Part shown: in pieces, positions 50,683 to 60,766 of the stretch
Numbering within the stretch: position 1 is the first letter of the stretch
Layout: each line of letters starts with the position of its first letter
Assembly: GCA_035063585.1 (NCBI GenBank)
Contig: JAPSGB010000024.1
Location: 13,585 to 77,584, forward strand
From: Polyangiaceae bacterium
Lineage (GTDB): Bacteria > Myxococcota_A > Polyangia > Polyangiales > Polyangiaceae
DNA: 64,000 nt
Direction: 5' to 3'
Notes under the pieces: model-generated
The model's input: only the letters and a program-made list of their open reading frames with translations
What the model was told of the DNA's origin: nothing
Databases searched by the model: none
Position numbers and translations under genes: made by a program

Positions 50683-51777
50683 TCAGCAGACCTGCTTCAT
50701 CCAGCCGTGACGGTCTGGCGCGAGCCCGTGCTGGACCTCGAGCAACCGCTGGCGGAGCGCCAGCGCGACCGGGCCGGACTCGTTGCCGGTGATGGTCCAG
50801 TCTCCGTGGCGGCTCTTCACGTAGCCGATGGGCGTGATGACCGCGGCCGTCCCGCAGGCGAAGGCCTCGGTCATGCGACCGCTCGCGATCGCGTCGCCCC
50901 ACTCCTCCACCGAGAAGAGACGCTCCTCGGTGTCGTAGCCGAGATCCCGCGCGAGCACGAGCAGGCTCTCGCGGGTGACGCCCGGGAGCAGCGTGCCGGT
51001 GAGCTTCGGGGTGATGATGCGCGATTTTCCGTGCTCGCTCAGCACGAACATGATGTTCATGCCGCCCATCTCCTCCACGTACTTGTGCTCGCAGGCGTCC
51101 GTCCACACGACCTGGTCGCAGCCCTGCTCGAGCGCCTGCGCCTGCGCGATGAGGCTGGCCGCGTAGTTCCCGGCGCATTTCGCGGCGCCGGTGCCCCCGG
51201 GCGCGGCGCGCGAGTAGTCCTCGCTGATCCAGACCGTGACCGGCCGTAGCCCCTTCGCGAAGTACGCCCCGGACGGCGAGGCGAGGATCATGAAGAGGTA
51301 GTTCTTGGCGGGCTTCACCCCGAGCGCGGCGTCCGTCGAGATCATGAACGGGCGCAGGTAGAGGCTCTCCTCGAGCTTGCTCGGGACCCAGTCCCGCTCC
51401 TGGCGGATGAGCGCCTCGCCCGCGGCGAGGAAGAGCTCGTCGGGGACCTGGGGCATCGCCAGGCGCTCGGCCGAGCGCGCGAAGCGCCGGGCGTTCTCCC
51501 GCGACCGGAACGTCGCGACTCCGCCGCCCGGCTGACCGTAGGCCTTGTACCCCTCGAAGATGGCCTGGCCGTAGTGCAGGACGCTCGCGGCCGGATCGAG
51601 CGTGATGGGCGCGCGCTCCACGAGCACGCCGCGCTGCCAGGCGCCGTCCCTGAACTCGACCCGGATCATGTGCTCGGTGAACACGCGGCCGAACCCTGGC
51701 TCCCGCATCTTCTCGGCGCGCGCGGCGGCGCTCATCGGGTGGGCCAGCGGGCGGAGCTCGATTAGCGGATCGGACAT
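50683..51777 (-). CDS. ilvE: Branched-chain amino acid aminotransferase
   Basis: LHYGQAIFEG.K, LYLRPF, PLP lysine AKCAGNY, EEMGGMN, LLPGVTR, CGTAAVITP. Confidence 0.95.
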   Translation of the reverse strand: MSDPLIELRPLAHPMSAAARAEKMREPGFGRVFTEHMIRVEFRDGAWQRGVLVERAPITLDPAASVLHYGQAIFEGYKAYGQPGGGVATFRSRENARRFARSAERLAMPQVPDELFLAAGEALIRQERDWVPSKLEESLYLRPFMISTDAALGVKPAKNYLFMILASPSGAYFAKGLRPVTVWISEDYSRAAPGGTGAAKCAGNYAASLIAQAQALEQGCDQVVWTDACEHKYVEEMGGMNIMFVLSEHGKSRIITPKLTGTLLPGVTRESLLVLARDLGYDTEERLFSVEEWGDAIASGRMTEAFACGTAAVITPIGYVKSRHGDWTITGNESGPVALALRQRLLEVQHGLAPDRHGWMKQVC

Positions 51778-51898
51778 GGCTCTCACCACCCCATGTTGCA
51801 CGTTCGATCCGCGCCGACAACCCCTCGATTGCCGGCCCGTTCGCCGAGCGGGAGCTGGTCGGAGCGGCGCGGAATCCGCACGATTTCGACGCAGAGCG

Positions 51899-53146
51899 TC
51901 AGCGCGGCGGCGCTTCGTGCGTCGCGCAGCCGAGCGCGATGTCGATCGCGGCCTCGCCGTTCGTGCTCTTCACCTCCGTGCACGAGCTCGGGCAGAGGAC
52001 GACCTTGGTCGGCGCGGCGTCGTTGTCGTAGTACCAGCCCTCTTGGCCCTTGCACGCGGCCAAGTCCGTGACGTGCGAGATGTAGCTCTGCTGACCGCCG
52101 GTCGGCGTAAAGAGCACGTTCACCTGGTTCGGATCGATCTCGGCCCCGCCGCTCGGCTTCGGCAAGATGAACTCGCAGCCGAGCGCCTTGCCCTTGATGG
52201 CCATCATCGCGTCGAGGAACTGCTGCCCGGCGGACGCGGCGTCCACGACGATGGCCGTGCCGGTGCCGCCGGCCGCCGCGATGGCGTCGAGCGCGGTGAT
52301 GTTGCCGATCCCGATGGCCCAGGTGTCGACCGACGGCGTCGCGTTGTGACCGGCGGCAGCCACCGCGGCGATGTGATCGACGTTCTCGTCGCAACCGGAG
52401 GGCTCACCGTCGGTGGCGAGCACCACGATGACCTTGTGGTCGGGGTGCTGCGCCGCGTACGCCGTGGTCGCCTGGAGCGCGCTCTGGAGCGCCGGCATCA
52501 TCGGCGTGCCACCGTTCGGCGAGGTCCCGTCGATGGCGGTGACGAGCGCGCTCCGCGCGCCGGGGAGCAGCGAGATCGGGACCTTCGGCGGGAGATAGCC
52601 GTTCGGATCGCAGCCTTCGTTGGGATCCGGGAAGCAGTTGGTCGGCCCGAACGGCACGCAGCCCGCGGGGCACGGCGGCTTGAAGAACGGGCAGTTCACG
52701 TTGGGCGGGTTCAAGGGGAAGAACTGCAGCCCGACGCCGATGCCGTCCGTCGCGGGGCTCGTGCTCACGAAGTCCTTGAGCGCCTGCGTGACGGCCGTCC
52801 AGCGCTCGCCCTGCATCGACCCCGAGCGGTCGAGCATGATGTACATGTCGAGCGGGCTCTGCTTGCCGTCGTTGTGGCTGAGCGCGCAGGCGTCGCCGAC
52901 CGGGCCGCCGCCGCCCGAGCCGAGCGCGCCGAAGCCGCCCGAGCCGGTGGAGCCGCCGCCGGTGCCCGTCCATCCTCCGCCGCCGGTGCCCGAAGCCGCG
53001 CCGCTGCCGCCGCCCGCGGCGCTCCCGCTGCCGCCGCCGCCGCCGATGCGGTTGTCGCCACCCGTCCCGCTGCACGCCGCGAGGACCAACGCCGCCGCGC
53101 CGCCGGCGCCGAGGAGCCCGCGAAGCCTCCGCCCGAAGCACACCAT
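51899..53146 (-). CDS. VWA-domain lipoprotein, myxobacterial family
   Basis: Lipobox LAAC, Gly/Ser linker, MIDAS DRSGSM, GGTP, LATDGEP, C-terminal CEF..P / GWYYD..P..LCP..C / LGC module. Start placed at ATG 53146. Confidence 0.87.
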   Translation of the reverse strand: MVCFGRRLRGLLGAGGAAALVLAACSGTGGDNRIGGGGGSGSAAGGGSGAASGTGGGGWTGTGGGSTGSGGFGALGSGGGGPVGDACALSHNDGKQSPLDMYIMLDRSGSMQGERWTAVTQALKDFVSTSPATDGIGVGLQFFPLNPPNVNCPFFKPPCPAGCVPFGPTNCFPDPNEGCDPNGYLPPKVPISLLPGARSALVTAIDGTSPNGGTPMMPALQSALQATTAYAAQHPDHKVIVVLATDGEPSGCDENVDHIAAVAAAGHNATPSVDTWAIGIGNITALDAIAAAGGTGTAIVVDAASAGQQFLDAMMAIKGKALGCEFILPKPSGGAEIDPNQVNVLFTPTGGQQSYISHVTDLAACKGQEGWYYDNDAAPTKVVLCPSSCTEVKSTNGEAAIDIALGCATHEAPPR

Positions 53147-53236
53147 GCCGGGCATGGTAGCGCGCGGTCGCGCGATTACCACCGCGAACGACGCTGGCGA
53201 AACGCTAAAGTCGCAGCTTTACCTACAACGTGCGCG

Positions 53237-55501
53237 CTAGGGCGCGATGCCGCAGCGGGCGGCGAGCGCGGCGCCGCCCGCGCGGCGCGCGGGCGTGAGC
53301 CCCGGCGCCTGGCGCCAGCGCGCGTAGGCCGCGCGCGCCGCCGGGAGCGCTCCCATCGCGCAGCCGACCACGAACCGCGTGCGGAGCGCCTCGCGCGCGA
53401 CGCGCGGCTCGGCGAGCGGGCGCGCGAGCGCGAGGTCGAGGTGCCGCGCCGCCTCGGCCCAGCGCCCCCGGTTATAGAAATTTCTTCCGAGGAGATAATC
53501 CGCGGTGCCGTCGCCCGGCGCCGCGCTCGACCACGCCTCGAGCCGCGCGGCCGCCTCCGCCCAGTCCGACCCGAGCCGGGGCTCACCGACCAGCAACGCG
53601 ACGATCGCCGCGCGCGCCTCCTCGAGCGGCGCCTCGACCGCGAGCCGTTTGACGTCCAGGGTGCGGAGCGCGTCCTCGTCGACGAGCGCCGGCCGCGCGG
53701 CGTCGTAGGCGGCGAGCGCGGCCGGCGCTCGACCTTGCGAGAGCTCGAGATCTCCGAGCGCCTGCTCGGCCACCGCGCGCAGCAGCCGCCCGAGCGCAGG
53801 ATCGGCGATGAGCGCGTCGTAGCGACGCCGCGCGAGCGTCGCGTCTCCCGAGCGCAGCGCGCAGGTGGCGAGCCCGAGCCGCGCGCCGAAGTCGTGCGGG
53901 TCGAGCGCGAGGAGCTCGCGGTAGTCGTCGGCGGCGCCGGTCACGTCGAGCGCGCCGAGCGCCGCGCCTGCGCGCCCCGCGAGGCGGTCGATGGCGTGCG
54001 GGCAGCGCCGCCCAAAGACCGCGGGCCGCTCGAAGCGCGCCCGCGCCGCCACCCGGGCCGCCTCGCTCACCGTTACCGTCGCGAGCGAGGCGTGCCACTC
54101 GGCCTCGAGCGCCGCGAGCGGCTTCGGCAAGCTCCCGTCGCCGTACCAGCGCCGGAGCGCCTCCGCGCCATAGACGTCGTGGAACCACGCCACGAAGGCG
54201 CCCGCGACCGTGTACGCGGTCGCGGAATTCTCCCCGAGGAAGCTCAGGCGAAATACCCGCTCGAGCGGCGGGAGGAGGCCGAGCTCCTGCATGGTCTTCG
54301 CCCACTCGGTGAGGCCGAGCTCGGCGTCCTCGGGCGGCGCGGCCGCGGTCGCCAGGCCCTCGATCCGCCCGGGATCCGGCAAGAGCCCGCCGAGCGGCCC
54401 CGAGACGCGCAGCGGTCCGGCCCCGAAGCTGCCCGCGAGCACGTGCGCGAGCTCGTGGCCGAGCACCGGGTGCGGGTAGAGCGCGGCTTGCAGGTAGACC
54501 TCACGGCGCCACGGCTTGGCGATGTACGTGTCACTCGCGCCCATGAGCCAGCCCTTCTCGGCCGAGGACGCGAACAGGAACACGCGCACCCGCTCGGGGC
54601 CGCGCGCGCCGAGCCACCGCTCGAGGGCCGCCACGTGACCGTCGCAATCGCGACCGAGCAGCTCCGCGTCGCGCAGGAGGACGGCGCGCGAGTAGATGAC
54701 GTCGCAGCGCGCCGAGTGGAGCTCGCGGCCGAGCGCGCGCTCGATCGAGTGGGTCGTGGACCAGTGCCCGAGCGCCGGGCCGGCGAGCGAGTGCGCGAGG
54801 CTCGCCGCGACGGCGAGCGCCCCCGTCACCGTGGTCGCGCGCCGGACCGGCATCCCCCAGCAGACTCGCCCGGCCGGGTCGCGGGTGAGGTGACCGGCGA
54901 GCGCCGCGAGCGCGATGAGCGTGAACAGGGTGCCCACGCGGTAGCTGAGCAGCCTCGGAACGGCGTCGACGACCGTGTCGTAGAGGGTGCCCGCGAAGTA
55001 GCCGAAGAACGGGTCGAAGGCGAACACCATCGGGCTCGACCAGAACCGCCAGAGGCTCACGAGCACCCCGCCGAGCGGCGCGGCGAGCGCGAGCCCGACC
55101 GCCCAGCGTCGCGGAGCGCGCCGGCGCTCGGCGGCGAGCCCGGCGAGCGCGCCGACCGCGCCGCCGAGCACCGCCCCCGCGCCGGGCCCGAGCGCGAAGA
55201 GCGCGGTGCCCTCGAGCGGCTCGCAGAAGCCGGCGCGGAGCCCGTGGAGCCACGTCGACGCGAGCCCGGCGAGCGCGAGGAGCGCGCCCGCACCGGCGCC
55301 GCGCGCGACCGCGTCGATGGGCGCCTCCCGGCGCCGGAGCGCGCCGAGCGCCGCGACCACCGCGGAGGCGGCGGGCAAGAGCAGCCCGGCGGCGAGCGCC
55401 GCCTCGTAGCCCGGCCCCCCGAAGAGCGGCAGGAAGCCGACCGCGCCGAGCGCGAGCGCGGCGCCGAGCGCGACGGCGTGCTCTCCTCGAAGCCGCGACA
55501 C
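53237..55501 (-). CDS. Multi-TM membrane protein with gluzincin-like HExxH domain and C-terminal TPRs
   Basis: About 6-7 N-terminal TMs, HELAH followed ~23 aa later by IEGLA, C-terminal TPR-like helices. Confidence 0.7.
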   Translation of the reverse strand: MSRLRGEHAVALGAALALGAVGFLPLFGGPGYEAALAAGLLLPAASAVVAALGALRRREAPIDAVARGAGAGALLALAGLASTWLHGLRAGFCEPLEGTALFALGPGAGAVLGGAVGALAGLAAERRRAPRRWAVGLALAAPLGGVLVSLWRFWSSPMVFAFDPFFGYFAGTLYDTVVDAVPRLLSYRVGTLFTLIALAALAGHLTRDPAGRVCWGMPVRRATTVTGALAVAASLAHSLAGPALGHWSTTHSIERALGRELHSARCDVIYSRAVLLRDAELLGRDCDGHVAALERWLGARGPERVRVFLFASSAEKGWLMGASDTYIAKPWRREVYLQAALYPHPVLGHELAHVLAGSFGAGPLRVSGPLGGLLPDPGRIEGLATAAAPPEDAELGLTEWAKTMQELGLLPPLERVFRLSFLGENSATAYTVAGAFVAWFHDVYGAEALRRWYGDGSLPKPLAALEAEWHASLATVTVSEAARVAARARFERPAVFGRRCPHAIDRLAGRAGAALGALDVTGAADDYRELLALDPHDFGARLGLATCALRSGDATLARRRYDALIADPALGRLLRAVAEQALGDLELSQGRAPAALAAYDAARPALVDEDALRTLDVKRLAVEAPLEEARAAIVALLVGEPRLGSDWAEAAARLEAWSSAAPGDGTADYLLGRNFYNRGRWAEAARHLDLALARPLAEPRVAREALRTRFVVGCAMGALPAARAAYARWRQAPGLTPARRAGGAALAARCGIAP

Positions 55502-55533
55502 GGCTCAGGCCGGCGTGGGCGCGCCCGGGCGCA

Positions 55534-57939
55534 TCAGAGGTGCGCCCGCGTCGAGGCCGACGGATCCGAGTCCTCCTCGGCGGCGGCGCTCGGCTCGCGC
55601 GGCGGCGCGAGGACGAGCGGCAAGAGCTCGTCGAGGCGCGAGATGAGATGCACCCGGAGCTCGCGCTTCACCTCGTCGGGCACCTCGTCGAGATCGCGCG
55701 CGTTGCGCGCCGGCAGGACCACCTCCTTGATGCCGGCGCGGTGCGCGGCGAGGATCTTGTCCTTTACGCCGCTGACCGGGAGGATCGCCCCGCGGAGGGT
55801 GAGCTCACCGGTCATGGCGACGTCCGCCCGCGCGGGGGCGCCGAGCAGGAGCGACACCACGCTCACGAACATCGCGACGCCCGCGCTCGCCGCGTCTCGC
55901 GCGATGCCCGCTCGCGGGACGTGCAGGTGCAGATCGATGCGCCGCAGCCACTCCGGCTCGAGCCCGAGGCGCTCGGCGTGCGAGCGGACGAACGAGAGCG
56001 CGGTCGCCGCGGACTCCTTCATCACGCTCCGCAGGCTACCGGTCACGATGAGCTCGCCCTTGCCGGGCATGCGGCTGGTCTCGACCAAGAGGAGATCCCC
56101 GCCGGCCGAGGTGAGCGCGAGCCCCGTCGCCACGCCCGGCTGGAGCTCGCGCTCGGCGACCTCCGGCTCCTGACGGTGGATACCGAGCACCTCCTCGACG
56201 TGCGCCGCGTCGACCACCACGCCCTCCACCCGCTTGCCGTCGGCGATGCGCACGGTCGCGTCGCGACAAATCGCGGCGATCTCGCGCTCGAGCCCGCGGA
56301 CCCCGGCCTCGCGGGTGTAGTAGTCGATGATCGTCTCGTAGCCCGGCCGCGAGAACTCGAGCGCGTTCGGCGTGAGCGCGTGCTCCCTGAGCTGCTTCGG
56401 GGCGAGGAACTTCGCGGCGATCTCGAGCTTCTCGCTGCGGGTATAGCCGGGCACCTCGATGATTTCCATGCGATCGCGGAGCGCCTCGGGGATGTTGCCG
56501 CGATAGTTGGCGGTGGCGAGGAAGGTCACCTCGGAGAGGTCGAACGGTAGATCGATGTAGTGGTCGACGAAGGTGTCGTTCTGCTCCGGATCGAGCACCT
56601 CGAGCAGCGCCGCGGCCGGATCGCCGCGCACGTCGGCGCCCATCTTGTCGACCTCGTCGAGGACCAGCACGGGGTTGCGGGTGCCGACCTTCTTGAGCGC
56701 CTGGATGATGCGACCGGGCAGCGCGCCGACGTAGGTCCGGCGATGTCCGCGGATCTCCGCCTCGTCCCGCACGCCGCCGAGCGCGATGCGCGCGTAGCGC
56801 CGCCCCATGGCCCGGGCGATGGAGCGCCCGAGGCTCGTCTTGCCGACCCCGGGCGGGCCGACGAAGAGCAAGATCGGACCTTTCTTGTCACGCCTGAGCT
56901 GCCGGATGGCGCTGTACTCGACGATGCGCCGCTTCACCCGCTCGAGGCCGTGGTGATCCTCCTCGAGGCAGCGGCGCACCTCGCGCACGTCGAAGCGATC
57001 CGGGGTGGTGCGCGACCAAGGGAGGTCCGCGAGCCACTCGACGTAGGTGCGGGTGACCTGGAATTCTGCCGACTGGGGCTGCATGCCGCCGAGCCGCGCG
57101 AGCTGTTTGCGGGCGACCCGCTCGGCCTCGGGCGGGAGCTCCGCGCGGGCGACGCGGTCGCGGAGCTGCTCGAGCTCGTCGTCGTCGCTGCTCTCGCCGA
57201 GCTCCTCGCGGATGGTGCGGATCTGCTGGCGGAGCACGTAGTCGCGCTGCGAGCGGCTCAGCTCGCCGGCGACCTCGGTCGAGATCGCGTCCTTGACCCG
57301 CAGGATCTCGAGCTGGCGCTCGACCATGGCGAGCACCAGCTCGACGCGAGGTCTCACCTCGAAGGCGTCGAGGACCTGCTGGCGCAGCGCGACGCTCGCC
57401 TGCTCCTCGGGGAAATTCGAGGCGATGAGATCGGCGAGCGGCCCCGGCTCGCGGACGTTGTCGAGGATGCCCGGCGTCTCCTTGGGGAGGTTCGGCATGA
57501 GCGCGAGCACCTGGCGGGTGCGCTCCCGCAGGCGCTCGGCGAGCTCCACGGTCGCCTCGTCGACCGGCGCGTCCTCCGTCGCGCGGACGATCCGGGCGCG
57601 CATGAACGGCTCGAGGCCGAGCGGGGCCTCGATGCGGAAGCGACCGAGCCCGTTCAAGACCACGCTGTAGCTCGAGGCGCCGTTCCGGATCACGCGCACC
57701 ACCCGCGCCACCGTGCCGACCGCGTGGAGATCGGCGAAGGTCGGCTCGACCGTCTCGGTGTTCTGCTGCGCGACCACGCCGACCAGCGCGCCCTCGCTAC
57801 CGGCCAGCTCCTCGACCAGCCGCACGCTCCTCGGACGCCCGACGTTGATGGGCACCACCGACGCCGGGAAGAGCACCGAATTGCGGAGAGGAAGGATCGG
57901 AAGTTCTTCCGGCGCGCCGGCGGTCTTCCCAGTGACCAT
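55534..57939 (-). CDS. lon: ATP-dependent Lon protease (variant catalytic loop)
   Basis: LPILPLRNSVLFP, DHHGLERVKRRI, GPPGVGKTS, RGHRRTYVGALPG, LDEVDK, DPEQN, MTGELTLRG, KILAAHRAG. Confidence 0.95.
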   Translation of the reverse strand: MVTGKTAGAPEELPILPLRNSVLFPASVVPINVGRPRSVRLVEELAGSEGALVGVVAQQNTETVEPTFADLHAVGTVARVVRVIRNGASSYSVVLNGLGRFRIEAPLGLEPFMRARIVRATEDAPVDEATVELAERLRERTRQVLALMPNLPKETPGILDNVREPGPLADLIASNFPEEQASVALRQQVLDAFEVRPRVELVLAMVERQLEILRVKDAISTEVAGELSRSQRDYVLRQQIRTIREELGESSDDDELEQLRDRVARAELPPEAERVARKQLARLGGMQPQSAEFQVTRTYVEWLADLPWSRTTPDRFDVREVRRCLEEDHHGLERVKRRIVEYSAIRQLRRDKKGPILLFVGPPGVGKTSLGRSIARAMGRRYARIALGGVRDEAEIRGHRRTYVGALPGRIIQALKKVGTRNPVLVLDEVDKMGADVRGDPAAALLEVLDPEQNDTFVDHYIDLPFDLSEVTFLATANYRGNIPEALRDRMEIIEVPGYTRSEKLEIAAKFLAPKQLREHALTPNALEFSRPGYETIIDYYTREAGVRGLEREIAAICRDATVRIADGKRVEGVVVDAAHVEEVLGIHRQEPEVAERELQPGVATGLALTSAGGDLLLVETSRMPGKGELIVTGSLRSVMKESAATALSFVRSHAERLGLEPEWLRRIDLHLHVPRAGIARDAASAGVAMFVSVVSLLLGAPARADVAMTGELTLRGAILPVSGVKDKILAAHRAGIKEVVLPARNARDLDEVPDEVKRELRVHLISRLDELLPLVLAPPREPSAAAEEDSDPSASTRAHL

Positions 57940-58025
57940 GCCGGGACAGTAGTCCAGACGGAAGCCGCGTCCAGCCGAGAGCGCGCGGTCGCTCCCCCGC
58001 CCGGCCTGTGGTACGTCACCGGCCC

Positions 58026-58709
58026 GTGTCGCCTCGCGGACTCCGCCCGGCCCTCGCCGGCACGCTCCTCGGCCTCGCCGCCCTCGCCGGCTGCTCGGGG
58101 GCGCCGCCCGCCAAGGGCCCGAGCGACGTCCTCGCGGACTACGCCCGCGCGCTCGAGGAGGGCCGCACCGCCGACGCCTACGCGCTGCTCAGCGACGAGG
58201 CGCGGCGGAGCCTCCCCTTCGAGGCGTTCGCGCGCATGACGCGCGAGAGCCCGGAGGACGCGAAGGCCATCGCCGCGGCGCTCCGGCGCCCGAGCGGCGC
58301 GCCGCTGGTGACCGCGACCGTGACGGCGGCCGACGGTCAGACGCTCACCCTCGTCTACGAGGGCGACCGCTGGCGCATCGCGCCGTCCGCCATCGACCTC
58401 TACGGCCAAGCGAGCCCCGAGCAGGCGGTGCGGGCCTTCGTGCGCGCCTTCGAGAACCGCCGCTGGGACGTCCTCATGCGCTTCGTCCCGGACGCGAAAC
58501 GCGAGGGCCTCGACGCGGCCCGGCTCCAGAAGGCGTGGGACGGCGAACAGAAGGACGAGATGCAGAAGCTGGTCCAGGCGCTCGCCGCCGCGCTGCCCAC
58601 CGCAAAGTTCGAGCACCTCGGGGACCGCGCCACCATGGCCTACGGGGCGGGCGGCACCGTGGAGTTGGTCCGAGAGGGCGGCGTCTGGAAGCTCGAGGAG
58701 CTGCACTGA
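58026..58709 (+). CDS. Hypothetical lipoprotein (two NTF2/DUF4878-like halves)
   Basis: Lipobox LAGC. Two similar halves, each ending in an EG..W(R/K)(I/L) strand. TGATG coupling to hisB. Confidence 0.75.
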   Translation: MSPRGLRPALAGTLLGLAALAGCSGAPPAKGPSDVLADYARALEEGRTADAYALLSDEARRSLPFEAFARMTRESPEDAKAIAAALRRPSGAPLVTATVTAADGQTLTLVYEGDRWRIAPSAIDLYGQASPEQAVRAFVRAFENRRWDVLMRFVPDAKREGLDAARLQKAWDGEQKDEMQKLVQALAAALPTAKFEHLGDRATMAYGAGGTVELVREGGVWKLEELH

Positions 58710-59299
58710 TGGGGCGCTCCGCGAGACTCGAGCGCGCGACCCGGGAGACGCGCATCGAGGTCGAGCTCGACCTCGACGGCACGGGGCGCGCGAGCATCGA
58801 GACCCCCCTGCCCTTTCTCTCGCACATGCTGGAACAAATCGCGCGCCACGGGCTCGTCGATCTCACGGTTCGCGCCGAGGGAGACGTCGAGATCGACGGT
58901 CACCACACCACCGAGGACACCGCGATCGTGCTCGGTCAGGCGGTGGCCGCCGCGCTCGGCGATCGCGCCGGCATCCGCCGCTACGGCGCGGCCACGCTGC
59001 CGATGGACGAGGCCCTCGCCACCGTCGCGCTCGACCTCTCGGGGCGCGCGTTCTTCGTCTGGCGCGTCCCGCTGCCGAAGGCGCGCCTCGGCACCTTCGA
59101 CACCGAGCTCGCCGAGGTGTTCTTCGAAGCCTTCGCGCGGTCCGCCCAGGCGAACCTGCACGTCCGGCTGCTCGAGGGCGAGAACCTCCACCACATCATC
59201 GAGGTCTGCTTCAAGGGGTTCGCGCGCGCGCTCCGGCAGGCGGTGGAGCTCGACCCACGCTCGCCCGGCATCCCGTCGACCAAGGGCGTGCTCACCTGA
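58709..59299 (+). CDS. hisB: Imidazoleglycerol-phosphate dehydratase
   Basis: R.TRET.I, FLSHML, DGHHTTED, PMDEA, NLHHIIE, PSTKG. Confidence 0.97.
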   Translation: MGRSARLERATRETRIEVELDLDGTGRASIETPLPFLSHMLEQIARHGLVDLTVRAEGDVEIDGHHTTEDTAIVLGQAVAAALGDRAGIRRYGAATLPMDEALATVALDLSGRAFFVWRVPLPKARLGTFDTELAEVFFEAFARSAQANLHVRLLEGENLHHIIEVCFKGFARALRQAVELDPRSPGIPSTKGVLT

Positions 59300-59312
59300 A
59301 GCGGAGCGGGCG

Positions 59313-59975
59313 ATGCGGGTCGTCATCCTCGACGTCGGGCTCGGCAACCTCCGCTCGGTAGAGCGCGCGCTCGAGGCGGCCGCGCGCGAGCGCGCGCTCG
59401 AGGCGACGGTGCTCCGCAGCGCGGAGCCGAGCGTGCTCGCGAGCGCGGATCGGCTGGTGGTGCCCGGGCAAGGCGGGTTCCGCGACGGCGCGCGCGCCCT
59501 CGCCGGCGACCGCGCCCGGGCGCTCACGACCGCCATCGAGCGCGGCACGCCCTACCTCGGGATCTGCCTCGGTCTGCAGCTGCTCTTCGAGGCGAGCAGC
59601 GAGGCCCCGGGCGAACGCGGTCTCGGCGTGCTGCGGGGCCGCGTGGAGCGGCTCGTGGGCGGGCCGGGCGTCAAGATCCCGCACATGGGCTGGAACCAGC
59701 TCGAGCCGAGGAGCGGCGGACACCCGTTGCTCGACGCGGCCGGCGGCGAGGGCGCCTGGGTGATGTTCGCGCACTCGTACCACGCGGTGCCCGCCGAGCC
59801 CGGGCTGACGCGCGCCGTCGCGCGCCACGGGGGACAGCTCGTGACCGCGGCCATCGCGCGGGACCATCTCTTCGCGACGCAGTTTCATCCCGAGAAGAGC
59901 CAGCGCGCCGGGCTCGCGCTGCTCGGGGCGTTCCTCGGGGGCGCGCCGATTCCGCGCCGCACCGGCAACCCCTGA
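59313..59975 (+). CDS. hisH: Imidazole glycerol phosphate synthase glutaminase subunit
   Basis: GNLRSV, PGQG, GICLGLQ, PHMGWN, HSY, QFHPEKS. Confidence 0.96.
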   Translation: MRVVILDVGLGNLRSVERALEAAARERALEATVLRSAEPSVLASADRLVVPGQGGFRDGARALAGDRARALTTAIERGTPYLGICLGLQLLFEASSEAPGERGLGVLRGRVERLVGGPGVKIPHMGWNQLEPRSGGHPLLDAAGGEGAWVMFAHSYHAVPAEPGLTRAVARHGGQLVTAAIARDHLFATQFHPEKSQRAGLALLGAFLGGAPIPRRTGNP

Positions 59976-60035
59976 CCGCCGCCCGCGGGCGCCAAGGCCA
60001 GCGGGGCCCGCGAGAAGCTGCTAGGAAGCGCGCCG

Positions 60036-60755
60036 ATGGAACTCATCGCCTCGATCGATCTGCTCGGCGGCAAGGTGGTGCGGCTCCGCCAGGGCCGCTA
60101 CGACGACGTCACCGTGTACCACGACGACGCGGTCGCCCTGGCGGCGAGCTGGGCGGGTCGCGCGCGGCGCCTGCACGTGGTCGATCTCGAGGGCGCGCGT
60201 GACGGCGGCGCCGCGCAGCACGAGCTCGCGCTCCGAGTCGCGCGCGCGTTCGGCGGGGAGACGCAGGTGGGCGGCGGGATCCGGAGCCTCGAGCGGGTGC
60301 GCGCCTGGCTCGAGGCGGGCGCCGATCGGGTGGTGCTCGGGACCGCGGCCATCCGTGAGCCCGAGCTCGTCCGCGCGGCCGCGCGCGACTTCCCGGGGCG
60401 CGTGGTGCTCGCCGTCGACGCGCGCGACGGCCTGGTCGCGACCGACGGCTGGCGGGAGCAATCGACCGCGCGCGCGAGCGACGTGGTGCGCGGGTTCGCC
60501 GAGCTGCCGCTCGCGGGCGTGCTCTACACCGACATCGCCCGCGACGGCACGGAGGCCGGCCCCAACGTGGCCGAGACCGCGCGGCTCGCCCGCGAGTGCG
60601 GCGTCCCGATCATCGCGAGCGGCGGGGTCGGCACCCTCGAGCACCTGCGCGCGCTCGCGGCCGCGAGCGGGATCGCCGGCGCCATCGTCGGCCGGGCCCT
60701 GCACGAGCGGCGCTTCTCGCTCGAAGAGGCCCGCGCCGCGGCCGGCGCGGAGTAA
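60036..60755 (+). CDS. hisA: ProFAR isomerase
   Basis: IDL.GGKVVRL.QG, LHVVDL.GA, QVGGGIRS, TDIARDGT, ASGGV. Confidence 0.96.
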   Translation: MELIASIDLLGGKVVRLRQGRYDDVTVYHDDAVALAASWAGRARRLHVVDLEGARDGGAAQHELALRVARAFGGETQVGGGIRSLERVRAWLEAGADRVVLGTAAIREPELVRAAARDFPGRVVLAVDARDGLVATDGWREQSTARASDVVRGFAELPLAGVLYTDIARDGTEAGPNVAETARLARECGVPIIASGGVGTLEHLRALAAASGIAGAIVGRALHERRFSLEEARAAAGAE

Positions 60756-60766
60756 GCTCGGGGGCG

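Noticed and set aside
51602..56173. 1523-aa + strand ORF
   Set aside because: It is antisense to the ilvE 5' end, VWA, gluzincin-TPR and lon genes, is Arg/Ala/Gly-rich with no motifs, and is a typical high-GC shadow frame.
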